From the NCBI GenBank assembly GCA_023269695.1, contig JAHFPS010000001.1:44366-108365 (forward strand): a stretch of DNA of 64,000 nucleotides, read 5' to 3'. The position numbers were made by a program, and so were the translations under genes. This DNA comes from Rickettsia sp. GTDB lineage: Bacteria > Pseudomonadota > Alphaproteobacteria > Rickettsiales > Rickettsiaceae. Positions 20,549-29,770 of this stretch are shown piece after piece (position 1 is the first letter of the stretch; every line of letters begins with the position of its first letter). The notes beneath the pieces are model-generated. The model made no database searches and was not told where the DNA came from. It was given only the letters and a program-made list of their open reading frames with translations.

Positions 20549-22120
20549 ATGTCATCATTTGTTTCACAAAAATATAAGAATATAGGTATAGTTGGTTTGG
20601 GTAAGACTGGTATGGCTGCTTATCAATCATTAAATAAAGTAGCTAGGATAATTTGTTATGATCAAGTAAGTAGCAGTAGGGATGCTTTCAGTAAAATCTA
20701 TGGAAACGATAATTTGGTTAGCTTATCTGATCGGCGGTGGCAGGAGCTTGATAAGATACTACTGAGTCCAGGCGTTTCCTTGTCGCATGATATTGTTACA
20801 ATGGCTAATTCCCGTAATATACCAATAACCTCAGATATAGACCTATTATTTGAGGAGGTTAAGTTCAGAGGGGGCAATAAAGCTAATTTCATTGGTATAA
20901 CTGGTACTAATGGTAAGAGTACTACCACAGCTTTAACCGGTCATATTTTACAATTTTGTAATTTTGATTACCTAGTTGGCGGAAATATTGGTTTTCCTGC
21001 TTTAAGTATGGGATTAGATTGTCAAGGATATGTATTAGAGCTATCTTCATTTCAGTTAGACTTATTAAGCAGTTTTAAAGCTAAAATTGCTGTGCTTCTT
21101 AATATTACCGAAGATCATTTAGATCGACATAATAATATACAAGGCTATATTGCCGCTAAAAAGAAAATCTTTGATCGAATGGATAAAGATTCATTTGCTA
21201 TAATTAGTGTTGATGATGAAATTACCAACAATATCTTCCTAGAATTAGAAAATGAAAATAAAACAAATATAGTACCAATCTCTGTTGGTAAAATCCTTGA
21301 TAAAGGAGTGTCAATTTGTAATAATGTTGTTTATGACAATATTTTTGAACCGATTACTATTAATCTCCATAATAATAGTTCTTTACAAGGCATACATAAT
21401 CAAGAAAACATTGCCGCTAGTTATGCAGCTTGTCGGATTATAGGGGTAAGACCAGAACAAATAATTGCTGCCATCGAGTTGTTTAAGGGGTTGCCGCACA
21501 GGATGCAATATGTTGGAGCAATATACTCAGATCATTCGAATATAGCTAATCCGATTAGCATTACGCCAAATTCACAGACGTCATTGCGAGGAGCCACTTT
21601 AGCGGCGACGAAGCAATCCAGAAAAGTGATTAGAAATGGATTGCTTCGTTCGGGCTTCGCACCTCCTTGCAATGACGCCAGTTTACTATGGCTAAATGCT
21701 AGTAAGGTTAGCTATATGATAAATTTTTATAATGATAGTAAGGCTACCAATGGCATTGCTGCTTCTAAATCCATTGCAGCACTTGATAATATATATTGGT
21801 TAGCTGGAGGGGTGGCAAAAGAAGGGGGAATAACAAATTTAGAGCCATGGTTTGATAAAATTCGTAAGGCTTATCTTTTCGGTCAAGATAAAGAACTTTT
21901 TGCATCGTCACTTAAGGGCAGGGTAGATTTCCAAATTTGTCATGATTTACAGGAGGCTTTTAATGCTGCCGTTAGGGACGCAATGCAGGATATAGGGGAT
22001 ATAAAAAATATCTTGCTAGCTCCGGCTTGTGCCTCTTACGATCAATTTAAAAATTTTGAAGAACGTGGAAATCTATTTATAGAATTATATAATATTATTG
22101 CTAATCATGATCAAAGATAA
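20549..22120 (+). CDS. murD: UDP-MurNAc-L-Ala:D-Glu ligase with a 58-aa in-frame insertion
   Basis: ITGTNGKSTTT, ELSSFQL, LNITEDHLDRH, GLPHR, NDSKATN, LAPACASYDQF. Confidence 0.96.
   Translation: MSSFVSQKYKNIGIVGLGKTGMAAYQSLNKVARIICYDQVSSSRDAFSKIYGNDNLVSLSDRRWQELDKILLSPGVSLSHDIVTMANSRNIPITSDIDLLFEEVKFRGGNKANFIGITGTNGKSTTTALTGHILQFCNFDYLVGGNIGFPALSMGLDCQGYVLELSSFQLDLLSSFKAKIAVLLNITEDHLDRHNNIQGYIAAKKKIFDRMDKDSFAIISVDDEITNNIFLELENENKTNIVPISVGKILDKGVSICNNVVYDNIFEPITINLHNNSSLQGIHNQENIAASYAACRIIGVRPEQIIAAIELFKGLPHRMQYVGAIYSDHSNIANPISITPNSQTSLRGATLAATKQSRKVIRNGLLRSGFAPPCNDASLLWLNASKVSYMINFYNDSKATNGIAASKSIAALDNIYWLAGGVAKEGGITNLEPWFDKIRKAYLFGQDKELFASSLKGRVDFQICHDLQEAFNAAVRDAMQDIGDIKNILLAPACASYDQFKNFEERGNLFIELYNIIANHDQR
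21541..21716. mobile_element. Shell-A MITE in frame within murD
   Basis: TATAGCTAATC...GGTTAGCTATA; 176 bp including both TA, net 174 bp. Confidence 0.93.
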
Positions 22121-22132
22121 TCATAATAATGA

Positions 22133-22290
22133 ATTCACCTTACGCATGGCATTTAAAAATTGCAAAAAAGTACAAGATGTCATTGCGAGACCACGTGAGT
22201 GTAGTGGCAATCCACATTCATTAGATTGCTTCGTCGCCACCAAAGTGGCTCTTCGCAATGACGCCAGGCTGTGTTATGCGTAAGGTGAGT
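22133..22290. mobile_element. Shell-G element at the murD/ftsW junction
   Basis: ATTCACCTTACGCAT...ATGCGTAAGGTGAGT TIR; AATGA direct repeats at 22128-22132 and 22291-22295; core inside. Confidence 0.88.
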
Positions 22291-23418
22291 AATGAATTAT
22301 CTAACAATTACCTAAAATGGTGGTGGCGTAGTATCGACCAGCAAATGATTATTGCTTTAATAATCCTGTTTGTTTTTAGTATGATGTTAGTTACCACAGC
22401 AGGGTCAGCAGTAGCAAATAGAATAGGGCTTAATGAGCATTATTTTGCCTCTAGACAATTAATTTATCTTGCTAGTGCCTCGTTACTTATCATTATTTTT
22501 GCTTCTTTCTCAAGAAAATGGCTAAAGAGATTATCAATTATAGGATTTATTGCCAGTATAGTATTATTAATTTTAGTTAGATTTTATGGTTATGAGGTTA
22601 AGGGTGCTATTCGTTGGATTAATATTCTAGGTCTTTCGATGCAGCCTTCAGAATTTATAAAACCATTTTTTGCGGTAGTGGCGGGCTGGATATTATCATT
22701 GAAATTTGAGGGAGAGTTCCCAAGTTTTTCTATCTGTATAGTTCTATATGGTATCATTGCCTTATTATTAATTATCCAGCCAGATTTTGGTATGTTAGTT
22801 ATGGTTACTGCAGTTTTTGGTATTCAACTTTTTATTGCAGGTATGCCGATATTTTGGATTATACTGGCTATTTTTATGTTGCTATTTGGCGTTACAGTGG
22901 CTTATTTTTGGTTGCCTCATGTAGCACAAAGGATTAATAGTTTTTTTGATCCGGAGAGTATTAGTAATTATCAAGTTAGTAAGTCAATTAGAGCATTTGA
23001 GCATGGCGGTTTGTACGGTTGTGGTCCTGGTGAAGGAGCGGTAAAACAAGTATTGCCGGATTCTCATGCTGATTTTATCTTTGCCGTTGCTGGTGAGGAA
23101 TTTGGAGCAATTATCTGCTTGATAATTGTAGGAATATTTGCTTTTATAGTGATTCGTAGTTTACTAAAACTCATTAATGAAGAAGATAAATTTACTCAAT
23201 TGGCAGCAAGTGGTATTGTTGCACAGATAGGTTTACAAGCAATAATTAATATAGGTGTTACCTTGAATTTATTACCAACCAAAGGTATGACCTTACCCTT
23301 TATCAGTTATGGTGGTTCTTCAACTTTTGCCATAGCTATTGCTACAGGGATGTTGCTTGGTTTTACCAAACATAAAACTTCTCTTACTAACTATAAAATT
23401 CAAGATATTGATATATGA
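22276..23418 (+). CDS. ftsW: Cell division SEDS protein FtsW
   Basis: GAIRWI, MQPSEFIK, QPDFG, PDSHADFIF, LPFISYGGSS; start ATG lies inside the G TIR. Confidence 0.95.
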   Translation: MRKVSNELSNNYLKWWWRSIDQQMIIALIILFVFSMMLVTTAGSAVANRIGLNEHYFASRQLIYLASASLLIIIFASFSRKWLKRLSIIGFIASIVLLILVRFYGYEVKGAIRWINILGLSMQPSEFIKPFFAVVAGWILSLKFEGEFPSFSICIVLYGIIALLLIIQPDFGMLVMVTAVFGIQLFIAGMPIFWIILAIFMLLFGVTVAYFWLPHVAQRINSFFDPESISNYQVSKSIRAFEHGGLYGCGPGEGAVKQVLPDSHADFIFAVAGEEFGAIICLIIVGIFAFIVIRSLLKLINEEDKFTQLAASGIVAQIGLQAIINIGVTLNLLPTKGMTLPFISYGGSSTFAIAIATGMLLGFTKHKTSLTNYKIQDIDI

Positions 23419-24491
23419 AGAATATAATTGTTGTTGGTGGCGGTACGGCAGGTCATCTGTTTCCCGCTATTGCTTTAGGTGAAGAATTAGTGAAACGCGG
23501 GTATAAGTTACACCTTATTACTGATGTTAGATGTCAAAAATATTTAACTGAAGATTTACTGCTCATTCCACATATAATGAATTTTAGATTACCACCTAAA
23601 GGGTTATTTAATAAGTTTAAATTATTGATTTCTTTATTATTTGTGACTTTTAAGATGTTATTGCTATTAGTGCAGACTAAACCTTGTGTTATAATTGGGT
23701 TTGGTGGCTATCCAACAGCTGCTCCTTTGATAGCGGCTGTATTGTTACGTATTCCTATTGTAATTTATGAACAAAACTGCTTTATTGGTAAAGTTAATAG
23801 ATTTTTCCTAAAATGTGCCAAGAAAGTTGCTCTTACCTATGAGGAAACTAAAAATTATAATATTGTTGATAATAACAAGAAATTGGTTATAGGAAATATA
23901 GTACGGGAGAATGTTAAAAAGCTGAAAGTTAAGGATAATTTTAGCAATGATACTTTCCGAATATTCATTTTTGGTGGAAGCCAAGGAGCAAAGATTTTCT
24001 CTACTTTAGTACCTGAAGCTATTAAAATATTAGTGCAATCAAACCCTGATATTAAACTACATATTACCCAGCAAGCTCTTCTAGAAGATCATGATAATAT
24101 TGTTAAAATTTATAGTGAGTTAAATATCCCACATAAAGTATCTGATTTTTTTTATGATATGGATCAGCAATATGCAAATCAAGAGCTAGTAATATCAAGA
24201 GCTGGGGCGTCAACTATTTCTGAGCTTAGCTATATTGGCTTGCCGGCAATTTTTATTCCGCTACCTGCGGCTGCTGAAAATCATCAATTCTATAATGCCA
24301 AGGCTCTGGAAGATAGTGGGGCAGGGTGGTGTTTTGAACAAAATAAAATCACTGCAAAAAAATTAGCAGATAAACTCTTAGTGCTAGTAAAGAATCGTGA
24401 TATATTAGAGCGGGCATCTCGTGAATTATTAAAGCGAAGAAATGACGGTAGTACAGTTTTAGCTGATACAGTAGAAGAAATAATAAACTGA
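23415..24491 (+). CDS. murG: MurG glycosyltransferase
   Basis: GGGTAGHLFP, GFGGYP, GGSQGA, ISRAGAST. Confidence 0.97.
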   Translation: MKNIIVVGGGTAGHLFPAIALGEELVKRGYKLHLITDVRCQKYLTEDLLLIPHIMNFRLPPKGLFNKFKLLISLLFVTFKMLLLLVQTKPCVIIGFGGYPTAAPLIAAVLLRIPIVIYEQNCFIGKVNRFFLKCAKKVALTYEETKNYNIVDNNKKLVIGNIVRENVKKLKVKDNFSNDTFRIFIFGGSQGAKIFSTLVPEAIKILVQSNPDIKLHITQQALLEDHDNIVKIYSELNIPHKVSDFFYDMDQQYANQELVISRAGASTISELSYIGLPAIFIPLPAAAENHQFYNAKALEDSGAGWCFEQNKITAKKLADKLLVLVKNRDILERASRELLKRRNDGSTVLADTVEEIIN

Positions 24492-24532
24492 TTCTTGCAA
24501 CTTTACTAATTTTATGCCATTAATTATGTTAC

Positions 24533-24692
24533 TATAGCTAACCAGGACTAATATTACTCCGTCATTGCGAGAAGACCGTAGGTCGACGAAGCAATCCATA
24601 AAAGTAACCAAAAATGGATTGCTTCGTCGGCTCACGCCTCCCCGCAATGACGGAAGTATTGCTATGGATAAATACTAATTGGTTTAGCTATA
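24533..24692. mobile_element. Shell-A MITE
   Basis: TATAGCTAACC...TTAGCTATA with core. Confidence 0.9.
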
Positions 24693-24723
24693 GAATGTTA
24701 CTAGAAAATTATCGGATTGATTT

Positions 24724-25398
24724 ATGTTAAAAAAAATTATTATTATAGTTTTGGGATTATCCTTACTTTCGGGTTGTACTGATGGTTTTAGAGGATATTT
24801 CAAAAGATCTGCTAATAATAAAATTATAGACAGCAAAGGTTTTGCTGGTGGCAAGCGTCCACCGCTTTATAATAAAAAATATATAGCGACGGCAAAAAGA
24901 AACGTCATGGAAGAAAATTTTGATTATGATGATGGCGATTTGCTTAGTGAATATGACACTGAAACAATCAACCCAACTTTAAGAAATCGTCAGATGTATA
25001 TTAAGATGGTAAAACAAGATTCGGAACATATTGAAAGGCGAAAGCTAAATCAAGAAAAAGAATATCCTTCATTGAACTCAGCAAATGATAAGGTGAAGAG
25101 ACAAAATAATGGTAAGGCAGATAGTGATTTGCACAAAGAGCTAGAGCAGATTAAATCTATGCTGCGTGAAACTAAGAAAGATTTAGAAAAATATAAATGT
25201 CCTGCACGACAAAATACTAACCAACAAACTGTTGATAAAGTGTTACCAAGTAAACATAAGACAGATAGTCGTAAAAAAATTAATGGGGTAGAAACTAACA
25301 AAAATAATAAAACTAAGAATGTACTCGGTAAGTCAGAGATGCAAAGAAAATTTCTTAGTGAGGATTATGATATAAAGGCAACTGGTGCTAATAAGTAA
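24724..25398 (+). CDS. Hypothetical lipoprotein
   Basis: Lipobox LSGC after a hydrophobic N-terminus. Confidence 0.75.
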   Translation: MLKKIIIIVLGLSLLSGCTDGFRGYFKRSANNKIIDSKGFAGGKRPPLYNKKYIATAKRNVMEENFDYDDGDLLSEYDTETINPTLRNRQMYIKMVKQDSEHIERRKLNQEKEYPSLNSANDKVKRQNNGKADSDLHKELEQIKSMLRETKKDLEKYKCPARQNTNQQTVDKVLPSKHKTDSRKKINGVETNKNNKTKNVLGKSEMQRKFLSEDYDIKATGANK

Positions 25399-25424
25399 AT
25401 TACCTTACACAGAAAGGTATAAGA

Positions 25425-25599
25425 CGTCATTGCGAGCAGTAGCCTTGTTGAGATGAAGCAATTGTAAGATGTCATTCCCGCGTAGGCGGGAATCTAGATC
25501 CCTGCTTTCGCAGGGGGATGACACAAAATTAGATTGCTTCGTCGCCATCAAAATGGCTCCTCGCAATGACACCAAGCTGCTTTATTCAGGTTAGCTATA
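25425..25599. repeat. Core with A right TIR supplying the transporter stop
   Basis: GGTTAGCTATA at 25589-25599 overlaps the stop at 25591. Confidence 0.85.
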
Positions 25600-27117
25600 A
25601 CTTGGCCTAGTTAAGGCTCTATGTAAGAAAATAGAGCAAAATATGGTAAATATGACAACTATGCCTAAATTAAAGAAGGCTATATATAAAAAACCTTCTT
25701 TATATATAGATAGTGATTCCATAAAATCTACTTCTCCCCCAATAGAAGGTACCGACATAAACTTTGCTATTACAGTGCCTAGTAAATTTGAAAATGCCAG
25801 TGATAGCATCAATATACCCATTATAAATCCACGTAAGTGTTTTGGAGCAAGTAAAGTCGCTTGGGATTGTACTAATGGTGTTATACAAAGTTCTCCTAAA
25901 CTCATAAAAGAAATAGCAATTACCAAATATAAATATCCTACTTTACCATTACTATCAGCATTTACACAACCAATATAAAGAATAAAGAAGCACACAACTA
26001 AGGTCAAAAGACCTAAAATTAACATTAGAGTTGCATATTTCTTATCAAACTTCATATAAGCCCCTAACAAGGAACCCAATATTATTACAGATAAAGGATT
26101 TATTGCTTGTGATACTGAGGCAGGAATCATAACGCCAAATACTTCTTTGACCACATTTCTTTCGGTAAAGAGGTTAATAAGAGCTCCAAGTTGCATTTCC
26201 AACGCAAAGAAGCACATTAATAAAAAGATCATCATCGATAAGGCAATTAGATTTTGTCTTTGAATTGTTGGAGACTTAAATATAATATAGCCAAATATCC
26301 CAAATACACCTAAACCTATAATGCTAAGCATATTAGCAAAAAATTCAGCAGATGTTAACATTTCAGAAACAAGAAATGCTAGGAATAGAGTAGTTACTAT
26401 TATTATAGCAAAAGGGTTCAATCCCAAGAAAAATCTTTTTTTCATGAGATGTGGGTAAGGTGATGAACCATTATTACCTAGTAAATTCTGAAATTTAACA
26501 AATATAATAATTCCAATTAACATACCTAGACCAGCTAAACCAAATCCGTAGTCCCAACCAATAGTACTTGCCACATAACCACAGGAAATAGAAGCTAAGA
26601 ATGCTCCTAAATTTATTCCAACGTAGAATAAGGTAAAACCTCTTTCTCTATCTGGATCATTCTTTTTATAGCAGCAACTTAACAAATTTGTAATATTACC
26701 CTTAAATAAGCCTGTTCCCAATGCTAATAGTGATAAGCCTAAATATACAAAATTTAAATCTGATCCTATTAAGGTCATACAAATATGACCAATTGTTATA
26801 ATTATGCCGCCAATTAGTACCATATTACGAAATCCCATTAATTTGTCAGCTAGAAAGCCACCGAGTACCGGACCGGCATAACCAATAGCGGCAAATAAAG
26901 AATAGATGGCATAAGCATTAGCATCACTAAACCCTAAATGAGATGTAAGGAATAGCACAAGCAAAGCCCTCATTCCGTAATAGCTAAAGCGTTCCCACAT
27001 TTCAACGAAAAACAGAAGTTTTAGGTGTTTAGGAAATATTTTAGTTTCTTTAATATTATCGATGTTTAGATTATCTATATCTAGTAAATCAACACAATTA
27101 TTCATAGTGAACCTCAA
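25591..27117 (-). CDS. POT/PTR-family oligopeptide:H+ symporter
   Basis: EMWERFSYYG (ExxER), FYVGINLGA. Confidence 0.93.
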   Translation of the reverse strand: MRFTMNNCVDLLDIDNLNIDNIKETKIFPKHLKLLFFVEMWERFSYYGMRALLVLFLTSHLGFSDANAYAIYSLFAAIGYAGPVLGGFLADKLMGFRNMVLIGGIIITIGHICMTLIGSDLNFVYLGLSLLALGTGLFKGNITNLLSCCYKKNDPDRERGFTLFYVGINLGAFLASISCGYVASTIGWDYGFGLAGLGMLIGIIIFVKFQNLLGNNGSSPYPHLMKKRFFLGLNPFAIIIVTTLFLAFLVSEMLTSAEFFANMLSIIGLGVFGIFGYIIFKSPTIQRQNLIALSMMIFLLMCFFALEMQLGALINLFTERNVVKEVFGVMIPASVSQAINPLSVIILGSLLGAYMKFDKKYATLMLILGLLTLVVCFFILYIGCVNADSNGKVGYLYLVIAISFMSLGELCITPLVQSQATLLAPKHLRGFIMGILMLSLAFSNLLGTVIAKFMSVPSIGGEVDFMESLSIYKEGFLYIAFFNLGIVVIFTIFCSIFLHRALTRPSYS

Positions 27118-27220
27118 TGTATTTTTATATCAAACCAATTATTAATGATTTAATTTGATATATTAAATTAAAAAAAGTCACTCTTAGCAGAACATTTAAG
27201 ATTTGTTAATTTATTGTTTA

Positions 27221-27491
27221 TATAACTAACCCGATTAGCATTTAGCCATAGTAATACTTCTGTCATTGCGAGGAATGCGTAAGCACGACTAAGCAATCCA
27301 ATCTAATGAATAGTAGATTACCACGACCACTATGTGGTCTCGCAATGACGAGTTATCAGGGGTATACGTCATTGCCAGGAAGGCCGTAGGTCGACGAAGC
27401 AATCCATAAAAGCAATCAAAAATGGATTTATTCGTTGCCGTAAAGCGGCTCCTAGCTAATAGACGAAGCAATATTAATCTGGCTAGCTATA
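27221..27491. mobile_element. Shell-A element with two tandem cores
   Basis: TATAACTAACC...GCTAGCTATA. Confidence 0.85.
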
Positions 27492-27909
27492 GGATTTATT
27501 AATTTGTTATTTATAAATGCAACGCATATATAAAATTAAAAAAACAAACAAATGCTTGCTAAAAGCAAAAATCAAATAGTAATAAAAAGTAAAAAATAGG
27601 GATTAATAACTAGGACACCAAAACATGGCGGTATGATAGCAGGAGGATGTTGGATGAGAAAAATTTAAATTTTTAGAAATTGCAGATAATTGTCGTTCCA
27701 ATGATAACCTTAAGTCTTCTGACATAATAACTCCTTTATAATTTTGAGTGTTAACAATATAATAATTATACTGAGATTTAGATTGTAGCATAAATTCATA
27801 ATATTGTCTAGAATTAATTACAACTTTGTGGTACATTAGTAACTCATGTAACTGACAATTTTCGGATAACTCAGGACACAAAATGATTAGAAATGGGTAT
27901 AAAGTTATA

Positions 27910-28608
27910 ATGTTGTGCTTACTTAAATTAATCATTTGCTATTTAATAACTTTTGTATGTTTGATATCCTTGGCTTACGCAGGTATAGATATTTATTCAG
28001 GAAGCATTTCTACCTATCTTACAGGTAATTGGGAAACCTCAAATGCAAAATATGCCAGAGAGCATAATCTAACCTACAAGATGGTTAGACCTAACCAAGG
28101 CATGTCTGAAGCAAATGCAAATAATACTGAGGTATTATCAATAATACAAAAATGGAGAGATAAGGTTGTTACTGATTTGAATAATAGTAATTTTAAAATA
28201 CAAGGATGGAATGAATTACTTGATTCTAAATATAATACGATTAATATTGCTCCTAATTTTTTCGATTATGTTAAGAATTACGAAGAAAAAACAAGTAAAT
28301 CCCTTGACCAATTAAATATAGTACTTTGGATTCCTATAGAAAAGAAGGTATTATTTGAAGGTATTAATTTTCGGGGTGAACAATCATTTATAGGTTCAAG
28401 TCAAGGTATGATAGATGCAATCAATGAATTATCTAATTACTATTATGAAAAACCTATTATACATCTTAAAAATGAAGATAAAATTAAAAACAAAAAATTA
28501 GATGAGCGTCTAAATAAAAATTTTTCACTTGCTACACAATTATTAGCAATATATGAGATATCAACTTGGTCACTAAAAAATAACTTTCCTATGGTATTAG
28601 ATTACTGA
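27910..28608 (+). CDS. Hypothetical exported protein
   Basis: Long ORF with hydrophobic N-terminus ending AYA; no recognised motif. Confidence 0.65.
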   Translation: MLCLLKLIICYLITFVCLISLAYAGIDIYSGSISTYLTGNWETSNAKYAREHNLTYKMVRPNQGMSEANANNTEVLSIIQKWRDKVVTDLNNSNFKIQGWNELLDSKYNTINIAPNFFDYVKNYEEKTSKSLDQLNIVLWIPIEKKVLFEGINFRGEQSFIGSSQGMIDAINELSNYYYEKPIIHLKNEDKIKNKKLDERLNKNFSLATQLLAIYEISTWSLKNNFPMVLDY

Positions 28609-28891
28609 TAACCCGATCCAAAAGGATGAGTCTTTGCTTGGGTACGAACTCTTTGAAATCTAAAGTTCTATTCTGGATACAATTTACCCATCCTATCACT
28701 AATATAACTGGTCACGTTATATTTATAATGGTTTTTTTATTGTATGAATTTTGGATTAAGAAAGGTTGGAATGTAAGTATTTACAAGGGGTAGAAGATAC
28801 TCTATATCTTACTATTATTCACAAGTGTGTAATGGAAAAAGTATTTTTTAGAATTATAGATTTAGAAGGAATAATCAACAAAATCACCCAA

Positions 28892-29377
28892 TCATTGGGA
28901 CAGAACATTCTCTTTTCTTAAATATAATTTCATCCCTTCATGTGTTGCTTCAAAACCAAGTTTCTCATAAAACTGTTTGGCTCTTGGACGTTTTTTATTA
29001 GTTGTCAACTGAACAATAGACACATTTTTTGATTTACCATACTTCATTGCAGTACTCATCATCCATTCGCCGAAACGTTGCCCTCTATAGTTTTTTGAGA
29101 TGCGAACAGCTTCAATTTGCATTCTTGTTGAACCCATGAAAGTTAGTGATGGCATGATGGTCAAATGGCAAGTGCCAACGATTTCCTTATCCATTTCCAT
29201 TATCATCAAATATTGATTTGGATCGTTATTTATCCTATGGAACGCATCAATATAAGCTTGATCCAATTTTTCTGAAAGATGTTCTCTTATTTGCCCAAGT
29301 TCATCTTCTAAAAGCAGGGTGATAATTGCTGTTAAATCAGCAATTGTTGCTTTACGATGGTTAAGGTGTTGATTCAT
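28892..29377 (-). CDS. GNAT N-acetyltransferase
   Basis: IEAVRISKNYRGQRFG, AKQFYEKLGF. Confidence 0.9.
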   Translation of the reverse strand: MNQHLNHRKATIADLTAIITLLLEDELGQIREHLSEKLDQAYIDAFHRINNDPNQYLMIMEMDKEIVGTCHLTIMPSLTFMGSTRMQIEAVRISKNYRGQRFGEWMMSTAMKYGKSKNVSIVQLTTNKKRPRAKQFYEKLGFEATHEGMKLYLRKENVLSQ

Positions 29378-29386
29378 TTTAAAATC

Positions 29387-29770
29387 CTAATTCATTCGAT
29401 TAACCTCAGCTTGCTTCAATAACTTCTCAACTTTATCGGCATTATCAAATCCGAGATCATAATGAAAACGAATTTCCGGTGAATATTTTAAATTAATTTT
29501 AGCAGTTATAAAATTTCTTATAGCATATTTCGAATTATTTAAAGATTCAGTAAGTTGTATTTCATTAAAAACTGTATTAAATGGTAAAAAGTAACAATGT
29601 GCTACTTTTAAATCAGCAGTAACTAAGACTTTGGTAATAGTTACCGGACAATTAATCAGTCGTTCATCTAACATCTTACCACGTCTTAGCACTTCCACTA
29701 ATGCTTCATTTATTAATGATGCAACTTTTTTTTGTCTTGAAGACTTGTCTCTATCGGAAATTTTTTGCAT
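29387..29770 (-). CDS. rbfA: Ribosome-binding factor A
   Basis: [20 protein letters not shown]; follows infB. Confidence 0.93.
   Translation of the reverse strand: MQKISDRDKSSRQKKVASLINEALVEVLRRGKMLDERLINCPVTITKVLVTADLKVAHCYFLPFNTVFNEIQLTESLNNSKYAIRNFITAKINLKYSPEIRFHYDLGFDNADKVEKLLKQAEVNRMN

Noticed and set aside
28626-28775. 49-codon ORF after the exported orphan gene
   Set aside because: The purine-rich tract directly abuts the ATG (no SD spacing) and there is no motif.
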